Positions 33,298 through 45,283 are shown, counted from the first letter of the whole stretch. The stretch is DNA of 63,987 nt, filler included, from Barthelona sp. PAP020 (GCA_040182905.1; 34 parts of 34 records of this genome joined end to end with filler, not necessarily neighbours in it); one strand, 5' to 3'. Program-made: numbers and translations. Notes: a model not told the origin generated them from the sequence alone.

Positions 33298-33580
33298 TTT
33301 TTCAATAATAAATTCTGAACACTTTATATCCAACTCTTATGTGTAGGGGTTGTGGTTGATATGTTAGCAGAGTGATTTTTCTTTCCCTCTTAAATATAAT
33401 AACATTAAAAAGAGAAATTTTGCGAAACTACTTTCTTTCTTTATGACTTGCCAAATTTCCCTTCTACATTGATGGAGCTCTGATGTAAACTGTTACTTTC
33501 TTTCCGTACAAGTATTGAAACCTGCACAAGTTGGATATGTTCAGATGTTGAAAATTTCGCTGTGCGAGCTCAAAAAAGGA
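33298..33580 (+). repeat. Dispersed repeat family F (second copy reversed at ~38300-38654)
   Basis: ACAAGTATTGAAACCTG...AGTTGGATATGTTCAGATGTTGAAAATT and ATTCTGAAC...TTTATATCCAA...AGGGGTTG are shared. Confidence 0.8.
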
Positions 33581-33794
33581 CACAAAGAAGTAAGAACAGA
33601 ACATGTTTTGCAAAACATGTCAAAGTTTTGCAAAAAGGACATGGTTGGAGACATCTGAAGTATAATCAGGGAAATTGAATGATTGAACTTCGGTTTAGAT
33701 AATCGTTCCACTCATACCCAAAGATTTCTCTGCTCAAGAGCGTTCTGAAGATTTGCCAAAAGGAACCAGTAGCACGAGATCCATCCGTGTTCGT

Positions 33795-33890
33795 AGCAAA
33801 GCTGACGGATTTCACTCAAAAGACAATATAAATGCGTTTAAGGTTTCTTCTTGCAATTTCTGATATTAATGGGTATTAAAATTGAAAAGC
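33795..33890 (+). repeat. Dispersed repeat family E (also 33220-33262 partial, 51796-51879, 53830-53925 reversed)
   Basis: GACGGATTTCAC..AAAAGACAATATAAATG.GTTTAAGGTTTCTTCTTGCAATTTCTGATATTAATGG. Confidence 0.9.
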
Positions 33891-34069
33891 TCAAGTAATA
33901 ACACGGAATTGTAAGAATCCAAAGATTAAGGATATAAACAAATAAATTAGATTAACTAGGAATGTCAAAGTCCTACAAAGAGAACATAAGTGGAGACATT
34001 AAAGTGAATCAAGGGGCTGAAGGAAAGTATTACACTTTTCTTTAAATACCCACCCTATCTAAACCGCAT

Positions 34070-34196
34070 TTCTTTTTTTTCTTTTTAAGAGTGTTCTGAA
34101 CCATTCACGCAAAACGACCCAGTTGCAAGTACCCCCAAACTCTAACCGAGAACAATAAAGATCTTTATAAACATTTATTATTATTGTCGTGTGAAC
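34070..34196 (-). repeat. Dispersed repeat family D (also 37614-37737 and 51341-51447 on +)
   Basis: TTTATTGTTCTCGGTTAGAGTTTGGGGGTA...ATGGTTC...CACTCTT followed by an A-run, in three contigs. Confidence 0.9.
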
Positions 34197-34306
34197 TTAG
34201 TCATTTCAAACAGCCAGGATTCAAATTCAAGGCTTTCCCAACTACTCATTTCAATAACACACCGTATATAAAAGCTTTCGTATACCTTTTCTTGTACCTA
34301 ACGTGA
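34197..34306 (-). mobile_element. 110-bp sub-module of family C between 14-bp direct repeats
   Basis: Near-identical reverse complement of ~12176-12285, flanked by ATTGTCGTGTGAAC at 34183-34196 and 34307-34320. Confidence 0.65.
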
Positions 34307-34390
34307 ATTGTCGTGTGAACAGGCTTGGCCTGAAGCATATATCATTTTGTCTGGTTGTGAACCGAGCTGACCGTCTAAACCCCATTGATC

Positions 34391-34400
34391 AGACTCGATC
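34391..34400 (-). promoter_or_regulatory. Downstream B-box-like motif GATCGAGTCT of tRNA-Ser
   Basis: Starts 30 nt after the discriminator; the identical decamer follows the other two tRNAs. Confidence 0.7.
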
Positions 34401-34429
34401 CTCTTACCTAACGAATTGATTTGAATAAT

Positions 34430-34513
34430 CGGTGTCAAGGAGATTCGAACTCCTGCGCCCGCAAGGGCATATGATTTCTAATCATACGTCTTAACCAACT
34501 CGACCATGACACC
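34430..34513 (-). tRNA. tRNA-Ser(AGA)
   Basis: Acceptor GGTGTCA/TGACACC, anticodon arm TATGA-TTAGAAA-TCATA, long variable arm GCCC-TTGC-GGGC, T arm AGGAG-TTCGAAT-CTCCT, discriminator G. Confidence 0.95.
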
Positions 34514-34820
34514 ATGACGAGAAGTCTTGTAGAAATCCAAAAGATTGATGGTATTTCCTTTGCATGAGAAACAATTTTTATCAGTCTTCATTTTATGTCA
34601 AAAGGGGTTATCAGGGGGAAAACACTGTCTGTAATTTTTGAGTCTCAGTTGATATACGAGGATTTTTGCTATTTTTGGTGAGGATTGAGGTCAATCAAAT
34701 GAGTGTGTAAAAGTCTAGATTAAGGTAATTGTTTGGAAAGTTGTTTTGATCATACCTTATGTGTTAAATGAAGGAAAAGAATTCAAATTTTTGGTTTAGT
34801 TGTGAAACAACTATATTTTT

Positions 34821-35015
34821 TTACAAAGAAAGTAAACTCAGAAAACTCATTCTAACAAATTTCAGTCAAAATCTCAGGAGGGGAATTGAGGGACTGAAAT
34901 GCAATTGGAACGATCAAGTAGGAGAATTTCGGAGAAATTCTTCATTCCTATTTTTTTGTATTTTTGCAAAAGCAAAATTTTAAAGTTTGAACTTTACCTT
35001 AGAAAATCTAAAGTT
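34821..35015 (-). repeat. Repeat family B
   Basis: Reverse complement of ~62093-62285. Confidence 0.9.
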
Positions 35016-35115
35016 NNNNNNNNNNNNNNNNNNNNNNNNNNNNNNNNNNNNNNNNNNNNTTAATTAATTAANNNNNNNNNNNNNNNNNNNNNNNNNNNNN
35101 NNNNNNNNNNNNNNN

Positions 35116-36918
35116 AAATCCTTCAATATCTAATTTTCCTTCCACTCTAAAACGCTCTTCAATCTCCATTGCTTGTAAGATCATCAATTCAGAAGCGCTA
35201 AATTGTGATAGGAATCGAATGAATTCTCTCTTTTCTTCGGTAGCTGTTCCCGTTAATATTATGCCTAAATTTGATGAGAATGCAGAACAAACAGATCTAG
35301 CAGCCCAAACGAAATCACTAGTCAATGGGGCAAGATAGTATCCGGTCAGTGCAAATCCTAATTGAAAGGGTACAACTTGTTCAACTGTGGTTTCTTTGGG
35401 AATGGTTTCTGACTTTAAATTTTCAGTATTTTCATCAAATAAACTTTCATCTTCATGAAAGAATATTTGCCTATTTTCAATTTCATAACTGAAAGGCCAA
35501 TGTTGAATAAATTGAAAGATATGCGCATTCTTCTCCAAACTTACATCGAACTTTCTTTTTTCTTCTTCAATTATAGGCATTTCCAATTCACTGATTTTTT
35601 CTTTCTCCATAATAGGACGTAAATAGGCATCTACTCTGTAATTTTCTATCCAATCTCCAAGATTTAAATCAAAGACAAAAGGAATGCAAACTTGATATAT
35701 GTTAGACAGAAACAGAGAATTTTCAGGATGATTCTTATTCATGTCCAAGCCCTTTCTCCAAATAACGATGAAATCGAAAATGAATTGTTGGGCATCATTG
35801 AAATGAAAATGCTGTAATACCTTTTGTAATATAATAACTGTTAATAAACGTGCCCAAACCAAAGGCAAATCAATCACAGTTAAAGCCAATTTCGTTGGAG
35901 AATTTTTTTCTAAAAATTCAGTAATAAATGTTCCAGCTTCTTGCTGAAAGGTACTGGAAGTTCCTAATAAAGCAGAATTTAATAATTGTACAAATGAACT
36001 TGGAGTATAATCTCCCAATAGAGGAACTGTTTGTTTCAATGATAAGGCTTCATCAGCTATCAACAGGGAAAATCTTTTTGACCCAGATGTAAGACTCGAT
36101 CCCGATGTCTTTGAAAAATTAGTGGATTTAGTTCTACTGGTTCCCAAAGTGAGTTTTCCTGATTTGGCAGATTTGGAAGATTGTAAAGATTCTGTATCAC
36201 AATCGTTATCAAAAATCTCTTCCATTCCAGATTGATGGAAAATGAATGTATCTGCATGAACAAAATTGTCATCATAGTGTGCACAAGTGTGATAAATAGC
36301 ATTGGTAAATTCAGTATGCTCTAAATAAAAGCATGAAACTGAAGGAAATATGTTCAAAAGAAATTGTTGAAAAACTTCAACATCCGCTGAGAATTCTTCT
36401 GAAATCGTTGATTGTTTTGAATGTAAATCGTTTAATTTCTTCTCATCATTTAAAATGAATAACTTTTGTAAAATCAAGCACATAAATGGTAATTTTTCAT
36501 TGCTTAACAACAATAATCTTGGTTCAGTGGAGGTTTCATAACGATAAACCATCTCACAAAGATACCTGATAGAACCACAACAACTACAATTGATTTTGGT
36601 CAATTCATCCAACCATTTACTTGTGCTGATAAAATCCAGTATGCAACCCATTTGTGCCAAATGTTGACAAAAATTTTTAAACTTTAATGAATCAGTTGAA
36701 AAATCGGTGAGATATTTGAAGAAAATATCACGTTGTTCTTGACTTTGACAAACAACATCCAAATCACACATAGCACGGGCAAAAAATATAATAGCTGTTT
36801 CAAATCTAGCAGAAACAACAAATAACATCTGCAAAAACTTCTCAACTTTTAACAACCTTTGATGCCAATGCAATAACAATTCTTCATTCTGATTACTTAT
36901 CTGTAATTGTTCAACAAT
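35116..36918 (-). CDS. Internal fragment of a large, probably helical, hypothetical protein
   Basis: Reading frame open across the whole contig; no motif recognised. Confidence 0.75.
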
Positions 36919-37046
36919 NNNNNNNNNNNNNNNNNNNNNNNNNNNNNNNNNNNNNNNNNNNNTTAATTAATTAANNNNNNNNNNNNNNNNNNNNNNNNNN
37001 NNNNNNNNNNNNNNNNNNAAAGGGCATTCAGTTCACGAACTAAACT

Positions 37047-37130
37047 CAGATCAGGAATTGACAAACACCAACTAGCCAACCTTCTCATCCTATAATCCTT
37101 GTAAAAGCTTTTATAATCATTTTCAATTTT
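37047..37130 (+). repeat. Repeat family G (diverged direct copy at ~38220-38303)
   Basis: GAATTGACAAACACAA(A)CTAGCCAAC...TAAAAGCTTTT...ATCATTTTCA. Confidence 0.8.
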
Positions 37131-37165
37131 GCATCATGAAATTGTTGAAATTTTTGTTGAAATGG

Positions 37166-37175
37166 AGACTCGATC
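37166..37175 (-). promoter_or_regulatory. Downstream B-box-like motif GATCGAGTCT of tRNA-Thr
   Basis: Starts 33 nt after the discriminator. Confidence 0.7.
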
Positions 37176-37207
37176 CGCAACCGTGCCATAACCAATTTAA
37201 TAATGAA

Positions 37208-37280
37208 TTCCGAGTGACGGACTTGAACCGTCGACCTTTCGCTTACTAAGCGAATGCGCTACCAACTATGCCAACCCGGA
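37208..37280 (-). tRNA. tRNA-Thr(AGT)
   Basis: Acceptor TCCGGGT/ACTCGGA, anticodon arm TTCGC-TTAGTAA-GCGAA, T arm GACGG-TTCAAGT-CCGTC. Confidence 0.95.
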
Positions 37281-39248
37281 TTGTATCAACCATAGAAAAT
37301 TGGCCAATTTTTGAAGTTTTTTAGAGCTTGATTTTCACAATCTTTAGTGGCAAAGGGAAAGAATTTCAGACAAAAAAGAAAACAATCATTATTCACGGTT
37401 CATTCGTGCACCTCTAATTGTTAAATATCTTTGCAAGGAAATCAAAATTCATCAGGAATTAGATACACAGTTAACAATAGTTGCTAAATGTTTTAGTAAG
37501 GAGATACCTGGATGAAATTTGAATAACTCAGATTACAAGAAAGAAAAAACACGAGACTTTTTGAATATCAATTTGAACCAAGAACACATTTTCACAGACA
37601 CATTCAATATTACAATTCACACGATAATGATAATAAATGCTTGTAAAGATCTTTATTGTTCTCGGTTAGAGTTTGGGGGTACTTGCTACTGACTCGTTTT
37701 ACGTGGATGGTTCAGAACACTCTTAAAAAAAAAAAAAGAAATACTTTAGGTGTGGATGGAGCGATTATCCAAATAAAAGTTTTATAATCTTTTCCCTTCT
37801 TACTAATAAATTTTGATTGTTCTTCTCTGAGTTTCCTTGATGAAGCCTTGTAATTCCTTGCTAACCTGCTATGCACACTTGCATCCTTATTACCCTGAAT
37901 CATTTGATTCTTATGTATTGCAAAGGGTAATTCATAAGAGGGCAAAACGGGGAATGTCGGGATGTGTTTATGTATGTCAACTAATACTTCACATCATGCT
38001 AGCTAAGTTTCTATACTCCTAATCTCTCTATACTGAAGGTTTATGACACAAAATTTCAGCAGGCAACTGCGACTTTGCGAGAAAAAATTTTCCAGCAATC
38101 TTTCAAACAAATTTGAATTTCAAATTTTGAAGAAATTCATCAAAAATTTCACATTAAAGAACAAAACAGAATCACAAGAAGTGGATTCTTTTTCTTTATA
38201 AAAGTTCACAAACCAGAATCAGAGCAAGAATTGACAAACACAAACTAGCCAACTTCTTATCCCTCAATCTTTATAAAAGCTTTTATGATCATTTTCAGCT
38301 TTTTGAGCTGGCACAGCGCAATTTTCAACATCTGAACATATCCAACTCGTACAGGTTTCAATACTTGTTTGTCAATAAATGAATCAGTTTACAACCAGAA
38401 CTCCATAAATATGGAAGAGATATTTGCCAAATCATTAAGAAATAATAGGTTTCCAAATACCTTTCAAAAGTTTCAAAAGTTTGGAGTGAAAAAATTTAAT
38501 TTTGCATTATCTGTTTTGTTGTTTCGTTAGTCCAGTTTCTACGAATTCAATTTCTTTTTTTTTTTGGAGGGAAAGAAAGATCATGCTGCTAACATCTTAA
38601 CCCCAACCCCTCACCTAAGATTTGGATATAAACAGTTCAGAATTATTGTTGAAATTTAAAAAATCTTTTTTTATCATTTTTATTGATAAATTAATTTGGC
38701 AACAACAAAAATTTCACCGAAAGAAGACGCAAAGGAAGAACTAACCAAAATACTCCTGCATATAAAGCTAATAATCCCATAAGAAAGAAAATTTTAAATC
38801 TGGAAANNNNNNNNNNNNNNNNNNNNNNNNNNNNNNNNNNNNNNNNNNNNTTAATTAATTAANNNNNNNNNNNNNNNNNNNNNNNNNNNNNNNNNNNNNN
38901 NNNNNNCCCGGTATGGATGGTTTGTTGGCTTTGAGCCCCTTAGAAATCAATGATGAAATTCTTGCTGACATCTTTGAATCTTCCTTTGAATACATGCACT
39001 AAAGTTGTCTAAAGCCTTGTTTTTTGGTGATTGATAAATTAAAAAGAATTGTTTGTTTTTTTTCATTTTGTGTTCTTTGCAGTGCTTAATTTTAAGATGA
39101 AAAATTCCTTTTTCTTTGGGCACCTCAAACGTTTTTGTTCGAAATAAGAACAACAAAGTGATCATGATCATTTACACTATAAAAAATTTGGTTTTGAGTC
39201 AAAACAAAAATTTAATGTCTCAACAAAGGTTAATAAAACTATAAAACT

Positions 39249-39856
39249 TCAAGATTTTATAAAATCAAACTTTAGTATTGTTAAAATACCTGTAACCAAA
39301 CCAAAAATTCCAATTACAGAAGCAAAAATTTCAATCAATAACATAGTCATAAAGTGGTCTGGATTTTGAGAATCTGCATGAGCACAACCCATACCACAAA
39401 TTCCCACACATACTCCACAAGCCAAATTACATAATCCTACCAGTATTCCCGCAGCAAAACATGCATATCCAGTTGATACATTGTGTGAACACATGTCTAA
39501 TTTTGTAACACTATAATCTATTGGTTCCACTTTAAATAATATCATAATTCCAACAACAAAACCATATATGGCAACAGCTTCACAAAATATAATGGATGCT
39601 ATGTTACGATTACGGATTCGTGGATTTTTGATACCACTTCCCAATATTGAAGTTGAACATTGAAATATTCCCCTATAAAATATGTTAGATAAAAAGTGTA
39701 CTAGATTATAAAATACCAAGCTGCTCCAAGAATTGAAAATGCCAAAGAACAAAACAATCCTAAATATGCCCACCCACTGGGATCAATAAAGGTGATCCAA
39801 GTATCAAATCCAGAAAGTAATCCTGAATTAACACATACTTCGGTATATGATGTCAT
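39249..39856 (-). CDS. ATP6V0B: V-ATPase V0 21-kDa proteolipid subunit c''; intron 39673-39716
   Basis: SILGAAW/GIFQ after splicing a 44-nt GTATTT...TCTAACATATTTTATAG intron; PRIRNRNIASIIFCEAVAIYG; NLACGVCVG; IEIFAS. Confidence 0.93.
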
Positions 39857-40790
39857 AAGAAAAAACAAAACAAAAAAAAAATTCTTTGAAAATGTTTAAT
39901 TTACACATTTAAGGACTAACTTTCAAAAAAGACCTTAAAATGTGATCATAAAAATGTAATTTTATAAAGAAAAAGAAACAAAAAAGGTCACTTTTCACAT
40001 TTCAAAAGGAATTTTAACTTTTTTATCTTAATGTGGAGTTTTAGATTTCAAAAAGATTAGGTGAAAGAAAATATTATTTTAAACACAAAAATTTTGGGTT
40101 GAAAGTTGTTGTTTGCAAAGTGACAATTTTTGTTTTTGCTTTTTGGTTTTTTGTTAAAAATATTAATAAATTCATGAAAATTGTGAAGATTATATGAGAT
40201 TTATTATTTGATGGAAAATGAAAGATTCATTCAACCAAATTTTTAGCAATTCTTTTTCCTTTGAAGACATTGTTCAACTTTTCTCATTGAATCCAATCGT
40301 CTTTATATTATGAATCCTTCAGTGAGAAAGCTTTTGGCAAACAACAAAATATCAAAAATCACTCTCATTTTTGAGTGAGGTTAAAAAAGAGAAAAATGGT
40401 TGAATTTGTTCTAATTTTCTTTTTTCTGTATCAATAATGTTATTTGTGAAAGGATGCATTGTTGATAAAAGCCAGTTTTTATCTCAATTTTTTTTTTAAT
40501 CATCTGTTTTCTGTTTTCTTTTCTTGTATAAATACATCAACAATTATGTTTTCCTTCTTTATATCAATAGGTTATTATTCTTTTTCAGTTTATCTTACAG
40601 TACATCATTTTTCTTTATTTATACAGTTGAAGTCTTATAAACAATAAAATCAATATTAAATTATTTTTATTTTTTTATCAAAATGAGAAANNNNNNNNNN
40701 NNNNNNNNNNNNNNNNNNNNNNNNNNNNNNNNNNTTAATTAATTAANNNNNNNNNNNNNNNNNNNNNNNNNNNNNNNNNNNNNNNNNNNN

Positions 40791-41342
40791 ATCAAAAACA
40801 ATGTAACCACCACGTTGGGTAATCATTGTACGTTCAGCTGGATCACTGGGACGATGAGGTGGAGTCAAATTATTGGCAGTATATCCTCTGTTGTTGTCCA
40901 ATTGAGAGAAAACGACAGCAAATGAATCACCAACATGCGCTACATCCAAACGTTTGGTGCCAGAAGCATCTTTATGAATGTACAAACAAACTGCTGTGGT
41001 ACCTTTGTAACAAACATCTTCTTGCTCTATTATATCATCAGTACGTTTGAAGGCAATTTCAAAGCTATTTTTGATTGTCCTGTTACTTGATAATGCTTCA
41101 AAAAATTCAGCATGTAAACATTCAGCGGCTAATAATGAAGCATCAACACCACCATGTCCATCATAAACAGCAAAAAAAGTCGAATTACCATCAGGCATAT
41201 ATCCCATAACGTGAGCATCTTCCATTTGTTCACGATACGAGGGGTTAGCCTCTTCGGCAAATCCAACATCAGGAATAATAGTATTTTTAGGCCAATTAAT
41301 GCCTGATAACACATCGTATTCAACTTCAACAAAGTTATCCAT
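40791..41342 (-). CDS. PP2C/PPM phosphatase, 5' part
   Basis: REQMEDAH, FFAVYDGHGG, GTTAV, AHVGDS, HRPSDPAE. Confidence 0.93.
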
Positions 41343-41648
41343 TGGATTCACTAGAAATTATTTCAAAAGAAAAATTCAAACAACTTTTAACTTTTTCAAA
41401 ACCATAAAAAGTTAATGTCTAAAAAGAAAAACTTTACAACAGAATGAACTGAGCAAGACAACAATGAAATTGGACAAAAAATTAAAATGATCCAAATTTA
41501 ATCAAAATTTACATAATAAAAACCAAATTGTTATTTAAGCAAAGAAAAAACTTAATTAAAATCATTATTAAAGAATAAAAATTGAAAAAGAACGACTGAC
41601 CCAAAAAAAAAAAAAATTTAATACGTTTTCTTATTCAAAGAACATTTT

Positions 41649-42568
41649 ATGGATATTGATTTAAGCTTTGATGACATATTGGATGATCATCAAGAACAAA
41701 ATGACACAAAATATGAAGATTTTTCAAAAGAATCTGGAAAAAAATCCACATTCAATCAATTTGCACAATCTGCCCCTGTAATACCTAAATGGCAGTTTAA
41801 CTCTAAAACTCAACCACTACCTGAAAGTGGTGAATCAGTTGTTATATATAATATCAATCCTGAATCCACCTTAAATCAATTAGAGAAAAATATATGCAAA
41901 TTTGTTCCAAAAAACATGGTTAAAGCGGTTCATCATACACCTGGACAAAATTTCTGTTTTGTTCAATTTTTTGACCCAAATATTTTGGATACCATACCCA
42001 AAAATATCGATTTTGGGAATAATCGGATTATAAAAATTGAAAAAATTAAAAAAATTACTCCTGGCAAAGATCCAAGAATTCCTTTGGAACAACAAAAGGT
42101 TTCTGCAACTGATCGTACCATTGTGATAAAAGATCTGCCAAATATTTCACCAGTTGAACTGAAAGCCATATTTACAAGCCAAAATATTCATCCTCAAAGT
42201 GTTAATTTCAGTCATGAAGCTAATGATATGGTTTTTGCAAAATTTAGATGTGTTGAAGATGCACAAAAAGCAATTGCAATTTTGAAAGATTCACATCTTG
42301 GCAATCAAATTCGCATTGAAGCAAAAAAACGGAATAGAACCAGATCCAATAGTGGTTCTGTCAAATCTTTGGTGAACTCATTACCAAAAGAACGGAATAT
42401 GCAAAGTATATCTGTGGCAGATGTTTTGAAAGCTTCAAAATCTTCATCGGACAAACAAGAGGTACCGAAACAAAAAGCGGAATCCACATTGGCTGATTCT
42501 CTTACGACTGCTTTTGGACGTTTAAACAAAAAGCCACCAAAAAGCCTTGTTCAATCGCTGACGATGTC
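41649..42568 (+). CDS. RRM-domain protein (two divergent RRMs), 3'-truncated
   Basis: VVIYNI...NFCFVQF and TIVIKDLP...MVFAKF...AQKAI resemble RNP2/RNP1. Confidence 0.7.
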
Positions 42569-42668
42569 NNNNNNNNNNNNNNNNNNNNNNNNNNNNNNNN
42601 NNNNNNNNNNNNTTAATTAATTAANNNNNNNNNNNNNNNNNNNNNNNNNNNNNNNNNNNNNNNNNNNN

Positions 42669-42842
42669 TTTGGGCTTGTCAATAAATGGGATGATAAAAT
42701 TAATACCTGGTTCCAATATGGCGTGGAATTTTCCAAGTCTTTCGACAATAACAACTTCCTTTTGTGCAATCAAATAAATTCCTTTGAAAAAAAAGACTAA
42801 CACAAATGATACTACAACAATAATCCAAATATAAGCCTCCAT
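42669..42842 (-). CDS. SPFH/band-7 (stomatin-like) protein, 5' fragment
   Basis: N-terminal TM, then IVERLGKFHAILEPGINFIIPFID. Confidence 0.88.
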
Positions 42843-42949
42843 TAAAAAAATAATTAAAGGAAAAAAAAGACACAAAAAAAAAATTCCTCTGGGAATATGT
42901 TGTTTTCTCAATGGTTCAAATAATAAATACATTAAAGATAGAATTTACA

Positions 42950-43732
42950 TCAAAAAGTATCAAATCTTCTCATTAAATCATCAGTTTCTTGAGATAATGA
43001 GTTAGAAGGGTTCAAAATAGGTTGAAAAGCCATGTCATTATTGTTTGCCATTTGCATGTTACCTTGGGGAACATTTGCTATTTGAGGAGAAAATGCAACA
43101 TTACCCATATTGTTATCCATCATGTTCATTCCTGAATTCATGTTCATATTAGGATTCAAACCCCCCATCATTTGTGCCTGCATATTTACATTGTACATAC
43201 TATTAGCAGATGGAGTGTAGGTAAAATCATGTTCAGCAGCAATAGTTCTAAAATATTCGACAATTGTTGCTTGATCTGGTAAAACAGCTCTTCCAATGCG
43301 ACTAACTACATTCATATCAACATATTGACTGTTTCCACTCTGGGCTTCAGGAATTAAGGTTTGACCATATTTCACCGCAAGACTCTTTGAAACTTTGATT
43401 AGTTCAGGAATATCCATAAGTGGAGCAACATAAATAAGTGTATAAATAGCAACAGCTAAATTTTCAGGAATAGTATCGGGAAGCATGTTAACTCTTGATA
43501 AAACCTTTTCTAAATAGATTTCTACCCTTGCGTAGCATAGAAGCATTAAATCATGAGAAAATACACTTTCAACTTTGATAGCTGCCAATTCTTCTTTGTC
43601 TTTTTGAAGAAGATCAGCAATTTCATGTTTTTCTTTAACAAGAGTGTTTTGTCTTCTTGCTCTCATCATGTTTAATCTTACTAAAGATGATTTGAGATGA
43701 ACTTTAAGCTTATTTGGATTGAATTTTGCCAT
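42950..43732 (-). CDS. IST1: ESCRT-III-associated IST1
   Basis: MAKFNPNKLKVHLKSSLVRL, EIADLL, AAIKVE, IPEL...KYG, C-terminal MIM-like DDLMRRF. Confidence 0.88.
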   Translation of the reverse strand: MAKFNPNKLKVHLKSSLVRLNMMRARRQNTLVKEKHEIADLLQKDKEELAAIKVESVFSHDLMLLCYARVEIYLEKVLSRVNMLPDTIPENLAVAIYTLIYVAPLMDIPELIKVSKSLAVKYGQTLIPEAQSGNSQYVDMNVVSRIGRAVLPDQATIVEYFRTIAAEHDFTYTPSANSMYNVNMQAQMMGGLNPNMNMNSGMNMMDNNMGNVAFSPQIANVPQGNMQMANNNDMAFQPILNPSNSLSQETDDLMRRFDTF

Positions 43733-44544
43733 TTGGAAAAAAAAAAACTTTGGTCTAAAATCAAAAAAGCTGGGAATAGAATTCATTCCCCCAAATTCAA
43801 AAATCACGGAATTTATCTGTTGTATAATTTTGGAGTGTTTTTGTGTATGTTGAAAAAATAATTAGACAAAAAATTCTGGTGCATTGTTTTTGATCTTTCT
43901 ATTCTTTTTATTGGAATTATGTTGCATTTCCTGGATACGTTTCATTCAAAAATAAGCAATATGGGTTGTAAATAAGCTTGAGAACTATTTGAGCAATGGA
44001 AGATTATTTTTAAAATTGTAGTCGAATTAGAATTAAAGTTTTTCTGGTAGTTTGATGAGCAGCTTTAAATATTCTTTATGCTGAAAATTATCTTCCAGGT
44101 TAGCACTGAATTGTGATTTACTGATACTTTGTTAAGTGAAGAATCTTCTGTAGGAAATATGGAAGATATCATTGTTTTATATTTTTTTGAAAATTTTGGG
44201 GTCATTCTGACTCCATATATGATAAACACATTAATAGAATTTGGAATAATCCAATTTCTACAGAGTTTGAATGCTAATTCTGGTATTTATAGAGTTAGTA
44301 ATGATTCTTGGCTTCAAAATTTTTTTTGTAAAGAATCTACAACACAAAAAAAAAAAAACAGATTTGACGAAGTCGGATCATTTATTTTTCCCAAGGAATT
44401 TTCCGTTCTCCTTTTTTATATCTCCAAAAGGCAACTTTTCCCCANNNNNNNNNNNNNNNNNNNNNNNNNNNNNNNNNNNNNNNNNNNNTTAATTAATTAA
44501 NNNNNNNNNNNNNNNNNNNNNNNNNNNNNNNNNNNNNNNNNNNN

Positions 44545-44875
44545 CTGGCTGTTTGAAATGACTTAGTTCTGATTGAAAGATTGGACGATATTGAATCCCT
44601 AAAAAAAAAGAAATGACTTCAATAACTTTGGATAGAAAATTTGATTAAGGAAATTCAGACAATGGTTGAAAATTTTGGGAAAATTTCTTTTGTAATCTTT
44701 CAAGATTCTTTATTAGCCAGTAACATTAGATTCTTATTTGTCTTAAGCTCAACTAGTTGTTTTATTATTTGATAAATTCTGAAATACGAGAAATTTTGCT
44801 TGATTCAAATTCTGGCGCATTTCTTCACGCTTTTCTTTTTCCCTCCTTGTGAAATGTCCGCTGCGCTTCACAATT
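44545..44875 (+). repeat. Repeat family C, head-to-tail junction copy
   Basis: Unit end (...TTGAATCCC, 44599) is joined directly to the unit start (TAAAAAAAAAGAAATGACTTC). Confidence 0.92.
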
Positions 44876-44889
44876 CTTTAAGTCTGGAA

Positions 44890-45283
44890 AAAAAAAAATA
44901 TGAGGGTTTTTCACAAGCCTATTATTTTGGCTTATCGAAATTTGCCGATTCTTCCTTTTTCCCTCGAAGTACGGAACTTTTCCTTAACATACCCCCAAAT
45001 TTTTGACCTACCACGGTGAATGTATGAAAACTTGCACAATTAGGATAAATTTCAAAAATATCGGAGCTCAAAGCTCTTTTGAGCAATTAGTAATGCAGTA
45101 TTTCACACCCCGCATAGGCCGTAGCGCTCCTACGAAAGCCTATGAAAGTTTAGGTCTCAAAAAAGAGAGGTTCCTTTCGGGAACGCTGGACCCCCCGAAA
45201 AGAATAAAGATTAAGGTGAATATTTATTGGTCAATTGAGATTCATCGTCTCTGATTTGGGTAAGTTCGGGAAAAGGTTCGTAC
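44890..45283 (+). repeat. Repeat family A
   Basis: Collinear with 2098-2512 and 31076-31222. Confidence 0.88.

Noticed and set aside
34768..34983. Similar 70-aa ORFs at 34768 and 62125, and short ORFs in families A and C
   Set aside because: They lie within non-coding repeats; starts differ between copies and there is no protein signature.
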